Shown: positions 58,077-64,000 of the stretch, one piece after another
Numbering within the stretch: position 1 is the first letter of the stretch
Layout of the letters: the number at the start of each line of letters is the position of its first letter
Source: Acidobacteriota bacterium
GTDB lineage: Bacteria; Acidobacteriota; CAIWXX01
Direction: 5' to 3'
Assembly: GCA_040755995.1 (NCBI GenBank)
Contig: JBFMAF010000034.1
Coordinates: forward strand, 48,743-112,742
Length of the DNA stretch: 64,000 nucleotides
The notes under the pieces: generated by a model
Seen by the model: the letters and a program-made list of their open reading frames with translations, nothing else
What the model was told of the DNA's origin: nothing
Database searches by the model: none
Made by a program: the position numbers and the translations under genes

Positions 58077-59078
58077 ATGGAGATCAAGGGATTGCGCGTG
58101 CTCGTCACGGGCGGTTGCGGATTTCTCGGATCGTGGATTGTCGAGGACCTTGTGAAAAGAGGCGCCGACGTCACGGTCTACGATAACCTCAGCCGCGGGA
58201 CTCAGGACAACCTGAAGGCGGTTGAGAAGGATGTCAGACTCTCCGTTGCGGACATACGCGATCAGCAGAAGGTCTACGAGGCTTGCCGGACGGCGGATGT
58301 CGTTTCTCACCATGCTGCTCAAATCGTGTCGTCGTTGGAAAGCTCGATCGAGACGATCGAGGTCAATCTGTCGGGCAGCGTGAAGGTATTCGAGGCCGCC
58401 GCCGCGGCCGGCGTCAAGAAGGTGATCTACGCCTCGTCCGAGACCGTGTACGGGCATGCCAACGCCCTTCCACAGGATGAAAACCATCCGACCAATCCGC
58501 TCTGGCCATACGGAGTCACCAAGCTGGCCGTGGAGAAGTTCGCCAGCATCTTCCACGCCTACTCCGGGATGAAGATGATCGGGTTGAGGTACAGCGACAT
58601 ATACGGGCCGAGGGAGTGGTACGGGCGCGCGTCGACGGTGTTGCTGCGAGGCGCGATGCGCGGCGAGCAGCCGGAAATGCCCGATGCCGATCAACTCAGG
58701 GACTACTGCTACGTCGCGGATGCCGTCGCGTTTCACAACCTCTGCATCGCTGAAGATGAGCTCGATGACGAGATCTTCAATGTCTCCACCGGAGTCGCGA
58801 CGAGTACAGGGGAGCTGGCGGAGCTGATTGCGGACACCTGCCGCCTGGATTGGAGCACTCCGCGGCTTGCCCACGGCGACGCAAGGCACGAAGACGTGCG
58901 GGCGAGCCACGTGCCGCATGCTGAGTGCAAGGCGATCGTGCTGGACAACTCGCGGGCGAGGCGCATCGGGTGGGTGCCCCACGTCATGCTGCCGGAGGGG
59001 ATCAGGCACCAGCTGGAGTGGCTCCGTGCTCATCCTGCTGCATGGGACGGAGCGCGGGTTGCAGGAGAGGTTGGCTAG
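58077..59078 (+). CDS. NAD-dependent nucleotide-sugar epimerase/dehydratase
   Basis: TGGCGFLGS, ASS..VYG, YGVTK, RDYCYVAD. Confidence 0.9.
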   Translation: MEIKGLRVLVTGGCGFLGSWIVEDLVKRGADVTVYDNLSRGTQDNLKAVEKDVRLSVADIRDQQKVYEACRTADVVSHHAAQIVSSLESSIETIEVNLSGSVKVFEAAAAAGVKKVIYASSETVYGHANALPQDENHPTNPLWPYGVTKLAVEKFASIFHAYSGMKMIGLRYSDIYGPREWYGRASTVLLRGAMRGEQPEMPDADQLRDYCYVADAVAFHNLCIAEDELDDEIFNVSTGVATSTGELAELIADTCRLDWSTPRLAHGDARHEDVRASHVPHAECKAIVLDNSRARRIGWVPHVMLPEGIRHQLEWLRAHPAAWDGARVAGEVG

Positions 59079-60053
59079 GTGAAGAGACAACAGATGCTGT
59101 ATCTGTCTCGCTCCGATGTCGAGAAGGTGGCATTGGATATGCCCACGATCATTGCCCTCCTCGAGGAGGCCTTCAGGGAGAAGGGGCATGGGCGCGTCGA
59201 GATGCCTCCGAAACCCGGCATCCACACACGCCCGGACGCGTTCATTCACGCGATGCCCGCTTACATCCCGGCGCTGCGGTCGGCGGGGATGAAGTGGGTG
59301 AGCGGCTATCCGGACAACCAGAAGCTCGGCCTCCCATACATCTCCGGCCTACTGATTCTGAACGACGCCGAGACGGGACTGCCGTACGCTGTCATGGATT
59401 GCAGCTGGATTACGGCCTACCGGACTGGAGCGGCCTCGGCGCTGTCAGCCAAGTATCTGGCGCGCCCATCAAGCGAGGTCGTCGGAGTGCTGGCGTGCGG
59501 TGTCCAGGGGCGCACAAACCTCATCGCCCTCGCGTCGGTGCTGCCGATCAAGCGCGCCTACGCCTTCGACATCTCCGCCGCGGTCCAGGAGCGCTTCGTC
59601 GACGAGATGCATTCCAGTCTTGGCATCGAGGTCATCGGGGTCGACGGGCCCCGCCGCGCGGTCGCCGAATGCGACGTCGTCGTCACCTCAGGACCGATTC
59701 TCAAGCATCCGGTGCCGGCCATCCAGAAGGACTGGCTGTGTCCCGGGGCCTTCGCAAGCGCGGTGGATTTCGACAGCTACTGGGCCGGCGAGGCTCTGGC
59801 GCAGTTCGACAAACTGGCCACCGACGACATTGCCCAGTTCGACTACTACCGGAGCGCCGGCTATTTCCAGGCGACTCCGCGGCCCTATGCGGACCTGGGC
59901 GAGCTGGTGGTCGGGTTCAAGCCCGGCCGCGAGCGAGACGACGAGCGAACCATGGCGATGAACCTGGGGCTGGCGCTCGACGACATGGCGGTCGCGCCGG
60001 AGATCTATCGGAGGGCGCGGGAGAAGGGCATTGGGACGATGCTGGAGCTGTGA
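59079..60053 (+). CDS. Ornithine cyclodeaminase/mu-crystallin family protein
   Basis: HAMPAY, GMKWVS, ITAYRTGAA, GLALDD. Confidence 0.88.
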   Translation: MKRQQMLYLSRSDVEKVALDMPTIIALLEEAFREKGHGRVEMPPKPGIHTRPDAFIHAMPAYIPALRSAGMKWVSGYPDNQKLGLPYISGLLILNDAETGLPYAVMDCSWITAYRTGAASALSAKYLARPSSEVVGVLACGVQGRTNLIALASVLPIKRAYAFDISAAVQERFVDEMHSSLGIEVIGVDGPRRAVAECDVVVTSGPILKHPVPAIQKDWLCPGAFASAVDFDSYWAGEALAQFDKLATDDIAQFDYYRSAGYFQATPRPYADLGELVVGFKPGRERDDERTMAMNLGLALDDMAVAPEIYRRAREKGIGTMLEL

Positions 60054-60216
60054 GGTGTCTGTCTTCGTCCCGGAGGGCGCCCGATACCTCGCTCTCCCCA
60101 TGAACCACGCCGTGCCGACAGGATGCAGTCCATTGCCAGGGTTCGCAGGGGGCCAGGCGGCTCCCCGTTGAATCTCTCAACTTGCGGGACCACGCTGGTC
60201 TGTGCAGAATGCCGAT

Positions 60217-61236
60217 ATGAAACGGCGTGAGTTCCTTGGGTCGGCCGCGACAGTTGCGGGTCTTGTGATGACTCCGAGCGGCGTCCTCAGCTCGGATGCG
60301 AAGAGCCGTGTCGTTCAAGTGTTCCACGCTGACGCCGTGCGCCCCGGCAGGCAGGTGGATCAGGCTATCGTAGCGAAGATGCTTCGCAGCGGCCTCAGGG
60401 CGCTGGCCGGCGAGGGCCAGTCCATCGGCAAGTGGGTCCGCCCGGGCGATCGGGTCGGGCTCAAGATCAACACGCTGGGCCGCCCGCTTCTGTTCACGCA
60501 TCGCGAGCTGATACTAGCCCTCGTCGAGGAGCTGAAAGAGACGGGGGTCAGCGAGAACAACATCATTGTATGGGACCGGTTCGAGAACCATATGTTGGAG
60601 GCGCGATTCGTCATGAACAACTCGGATCGCGGCGTGCGCTACGTCGCGACGGAATCAGGCGGCGATGGGCCTGCCAGACTCGACGACAACGAGCCCTACC
60701 AGTCTGCGCATGACGATCCGCGCGATCGCCACAACGGCGACACCGCCTCGCGATTCTCCCGGATCTTCACTCGGGAATGCGACAAGATCATCAACATGCC
60801 GATCCTGAAGGATCACGGCCAGACGGGCGTGACCCTTTGCCTCAAGAACCTGGCCTTCGGTATCACGACGAACAACAACAGGTTTCATGGAGCCAGCCAC
60901 GTCGGACCGTTCATATCCGATATATGCGCCCGGCCGCTAGTGAAGTCCAAGACCGTCCTGCATATTCTTGACGGCCTGGAAGGATGCTTCAACAATGGGC
61001 CGGCACCGCGACATCCGGGCTCGTTTTCGACGCCCCGCACAATCTGGCTCGGCTTCGACCCCGTGGCCGTCGACGTGGTCGGGCGCAGGGTAATCGAAGA
61101 GCAAAGGCGCGCAGGTGGGTTGCCCTCGCTTGCGGCCATGAACAAGCCGGTCGACTACATAGAGATGGCGGCCCGAAAGGGAGTAGGGGAATGCAATCTC
61201 GATCGCATCTCCCTCGAAAAGATCTCCGCTGCCTGA
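60217..61236 (+). CDS. Tat-exported DUF362 protein
   Basis: MKRREFLG, VGLKIN, NMPILKDH...TLCLKN, DPVAVD. Confidence 0.82.
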   Translation: MKRREFLGSAATVAGLVMTPSGVLSSDAKSRVVQVFHADAVRPGRQVDQAIVAKMLRSGLRALAGEGQSIGKWVRPGDRVGLKINTLGRPLLFTHRELILALVEELKETGVSENNIIVWDRFENHMLEARFVMNNSDRGVRYVATESGGDGPARLDDNEPYQSAHDDPRDRHNGDTASRFSRIFTRECDKIINMPILKDHGQTGVTLCLKNLAFGITTNNNRFHGASHVGPFISDICARPLVKSKTVLHILDGLEGCFNNGPAPRHPGSFSTPRTIWLGFDPVAVDVVGRRVIEEQRRAGGLPSLAAMNKPVDYIEMAARKGVGECNLDRISLEKISAA

Positions 61237-61295
61237 TTGGCCTTGCCAGGTTCGCGCATCGCTAGACAGGGACTCCCTCGATGGGCGCCCCCCTA

Positions 61296-62192
61296 TCACA
61301 CGAATGCATCCTTGTCGTACCCGATCTTGATGAGCTCGATCCTCTGTGGGTCCGCCGTGCCGAGATGGTACTTCGTGTCGGCGATGGCTATGTGCTTTGC
61401 GGGCGGGCTGAGCGGCCGGTCTTCTGCGAAGTAGTCGCGTCTGATGGCCTCGATTATCCGCAATCCGGTGGCATCCACTGCGACAGCATCGAACCCCAAC
61501 AACAGCCCGTAGTACTTCCAGACATACTTGGGGCTGAAACTGTGGGGACCGAAGCTGTGGAATTGCGGCGTGAACATCACGAGCACGTTCAGCCGTGTCT
61601 TGCCCCTCACGATTGGCAGATCCCAGATTGACGCCAGATCCGCGCAGGAATCGCCATGAATGGAGCTCGGATCCGGCAAGAACATGATGTAGTTCTTGAT
61701 CAACCCTCCGACCCCCGCCCAGTGGTGCGAGCGCATCGGACGGGCGTTGACGAGCGCCGTGGCCTTCTGGAAGATCGGATTCCTCAGGACGTTCAAGTCG
61801 TCGATGCTGATATTCGGTTCCTTGACGCCGGCCTGGACAATCCGCTTCTTCAGCGCATTCTCGACCTCCGCTGTCGTCTTGAGATATGGCCACCTGTTAT
61901 TCTTGATGCCGACGATGTCGTCCGGCTCGATGATCGTCTTCCAGGCGCTCTGCGGGTCGGGCTTGCCGGTCAGGGCCTTGATGCCCGTGTCCAGCATCTC
62001 CTGTACTACGGCCTGCTGAGGCATGCCGGTTTCGCCCAGGACGTTGAGATCGCGCACGAGCACGACCCGGCTCTTGTCGGACTTTGCGGCAGTCGTCTTC
62101 TCCGCTGCCGAGAGCAACAGGGGCGTAGCTATGGCGGCGGCCGAGGCGCTCTTGATGAATTCCCGCCGGCTGATCGATTCGATCGACTTCAT
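61296..62192 (-). CDS. Tat-exported DUF362-like protein
   Basis: SRREFIK, VGIKNN, GGLIKN, DAVAVD. Confidence 0.78.
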   Translation of the reverse strand: MKSIESISRREFIKSASAAAIATPLLLSAAEKTTAAKSDKSRVVLVRDLNVLGETGMPQQAVVQEMLDTGIKALTGKPDPQSAWKTIIEPDDIVGIKNNRWPYLKTTAEVENALKKRIVQAGVKEPNISIDDLNVLRNPIFQKATALVNARPMRSHHWAGVGGLIKNYIMFLPDPSSIHGDSCADLASIWDLPIVRGKTRLNVLVMFTPQFHSFGPHSFSPKYVWKYYGLLLGFDAVAVDATGLRIIEAIRRDYFAEDRPLSPPAKHIAIADTKYHLGTADPQRIELIKIGYDKDAFV

Positions 62193-62205
62193 CGATACCT
62201 CCGTT

Positions 62206-63111
62206 TCATTCCCTGATCTTGGTCAAGATGTTCCTGACGGCCTGCGCATCCGGCGCGTTGAAAACGATACTCAGAAGCTCGCCCCGGCGTTGCAGCCCGG
62301 TCCACCGGCCGTCATCCATCACGCGAGTCATTTCCGTGCCGCCTCCGAGCACCTTCTGTCTGAATTGCTCGCCGGCCGCCTCCGCAAGCGCGGCATCCGG
62401 GTAGCGGACCACGAGCACGTAGCAGGTGGCGCCTTCCTGCCGGTACTTCCCCAAAGCCGCCGGCGTGTCGTTCCCGATATCGAGGACGTTCTCGGCGGAT
62501 ACGAATGAGAAGCTGTTCAGCCACACGTAGTGGTGGAAGTATTTGACGCTCTCGGGAATCAGGTCTTCCGCGGGAAGCAGCGCTATGACAGGCGGCAGTG
62601 CGCCATCATTCTTGATCGCACCGGAAATCGCATCGGCAACTCTAAATACGACATCCCTCTTGGCCGGTGTTTCCGGAAAGGCAAGGATGGAGACGTAATA
62701 TCGGTCCTTCCAAAACGTCAGCAGGCCACCGGCGTACTCGCTGCCCTGACCGAACCGGCTATCGATCGTTTCGCGAGAATGCGCGAAGGCTCCGAATGCG
62801 TCATACGAACTGCCCATGTCGAAGATATCGACGATAATCTCAGCATCGGCTGAATCCTTGTATTTCAGCGATATCGATCCCTCGAAGTTGTAGGACAGGA
62901 AGAGCTCGGCACCGCCGTCGATGTAGCTCGAAAGCGTCTCAGGCGTGAATCGATCGGGCGGTTCGCTCTTCGTCCATCCGTCGATCGATACCGGCAGTGA
63001 TTGGTTGAAGTCGATCATGCTCTCCGACATGGCAGACGTCCTCATCAGGCTGACTAGCGATATGAATGCTCCTACCCCGACGGCAATCTCGCGCGGCATT
63101 ACCCTGGACAA
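62206..63111 (-). CDS. Secreted DUF6599-like hypothetical protein
   Basis: TTG start after GGAGG. LSSYIDGGAELF, DIFDMG..DAFG, FWKDRYYV. Confidence 0.65.
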   Translation of the reverse strand: MSRVMPREIAVGVGAFISLVSLMRTSAMSESMIDFNQSLPVSIDGWTKSEPPDRFTPETLSSYIDGGAELFLSYNFEGSISLKYKDSADAEIIVDIFDMGSSYDAFGAFAHSRETIDSRFGQGSEYAGGLLTFWKDRYYVSILAFPETPAKRDVVFRVADAISGAIKNDGALPPVIALLPAEDLIPESVKYFHHYVWLNSFSFVSAENVLDIGNDTPAALGKYRQEGATCYVLVVRYPDAALAEAAGEQFRQKVLGGGTEMTRVMDDGRWTGLQRRGELLSIVFNAPDAQAVRNILTKIRE

Positions 63112-63269
63112 GCTCTCTCCTCCACAGGTTTCATGATGGTAGCAAAACAGAACCGTGAATTCAAAGACAGGTGACGTCATTGATAAAGACCGGCCCTTTC
63201 CTTACAATGCGCCCTGATGATCACCATGAAGCCGCGTCCCGACGATTCGCGCGGGCACAGGAGAGAGTA

Positions 63270-64000
63270 ATGAGAAAAGTCATCTGCTGGATCGTGACGG
63301 GCCTGATCGTGCTTCCAATCTTCTTCGGAAGCCTCGACGCTCAAGAACTGCAAGCTGGCTTGTCGCCGAGCGAAGAGATGGACAAGCTTTTCGATTTTTG
63401 GAACCGCCTGGACCAACCAGGATTTGCCGTGGTCGTGCTCAACGGGGGCCAGGTGGTCTATCAGAAGGTATTCGGCCTTGCCTGCCAGGAGCACGGCGTC
63501 CCTATCGCTCCCGATTCTGTCTTCAACACCTCGACGCTCGCTCAGCCTATCGTCGGCCAGGCAGTGGCGATGCTGGAGAAGGAGGGCAAGCTCTCGCTGG
63601 ACGACGATGTTCGCAAGACCATCCCCGAGATTCCAGACTTCGGGACACCGATCAAGTTACGCCACCTGGTATATCAAACCAGCGGGCTTCGTGACTGGCT
63701 TCCCGTGCAGCAGCTCACCGGACGCGAGATGGAGGAGCTCACATTCGAGCGGATGCTGAAGATCATCCAGGAACAGAAGAAACTCCTCTTCTCACCCGGA
63801 GATCGCTTTCAGTATTCCAATAGCAACTATGACCTGCTAGCGGAGGCGATCAAGCGGACAACCGGGAGGACGTTTTCCGAATGGGCCTGGGAGAGCATCT
63901 TCAAGCCGTTGAAGATGACCAGGACGCTGTTTCGCGACAACTTCAGGTCGATGATTGAAAACGAGGCCTTCAGTTATGACTACACGCGCAGCGAATACCA
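63270..64000 (+). CDS. Serine hydrolase / class C beta-lactamase-like protein, 3'-truncated by the window edge
   Basis: Absent from the ORF track because it has no stop in the window. Signal peptide, PGFAV, KLSLDDDVRK, LRHL..TSGL, FQYSNSNY. Confidence 0.85.
   Translation, partial: MRKVICWIVTGLIVLPIFFGSLDAQELQAGLSPSEEMDKLFDFWNRLDQPGFAVVVLNGGQVVYQKVFGLACQEHGVPIAPDSVFNTSTLAQPIVGQAVAMLEKEGKLSLDDDVRKTIPEIPDFGTPIKLRHLVYQTSGLRDWLPVQQLTGREMEELTFERMLKIIQEQKKLLFSPGDRFQYSNSNYDLLAEAIKRTTGRTFSEWAWESIFKPLKMTRTLFRDNFRSMIENEAFSYDYTRSEY

Noticed and set aside
1-64000. CRISPR array, tRNA or rRNA genes
   Set aside because: No regularly spaced repeat-spacer series or recognisable structural RNA was seen by eye. 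The 27020-27062 repeat has only two units.

Overview
GC-rich bacterial window with three zones. (1) 1-20.9 kb is a dissimilatory sulfur-metabolism supercluster. The minus strand carries dsrL-dsrA-dsrB-dsrD-dsrN-dsrC-cysG. The plus strand carries a cytidylate-kinase-like gene and aprB-aprA-(two Cys-rich ORFs)-qmoABC-sat. Three sigma-54 promoters are each paired with a TGTTACC-N4-GGTAACA palindrome, and a stand-alone Fis-type HTH gene lies among them. Having both dsrD and a YRR-type dsrL is compatible with an Acidobacteriota-like host (inference). (2) 21-47 kb is a plasticity zone punctuated by three further copies of sat or its 3' part, each ending in the same terminator. Its cargo is a candidate new defence locus (divergent thymidine phosphorylase plus a kinase/ORC-CDC6-like ATPase/CARF-like fusion plus Vsr, convergent on NurA-HerA-C5 methyltransferase), an IS21 relic, a two-ORF IS, a decapitated integron (IntI tail, attI, two clear attC sites), four toxin-antitoxin modules and pseudogenes. 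(3) 47-64 kb is a surface-glycan cluster led by four tandem TRAM-less MiaB-like radical SAM methylthiotransferase paralogues, followed by Tat-exported DUF362 proteins and a partial serine-hydrolase-like gene. All calls come from motif recognition by eye; no searches were run.
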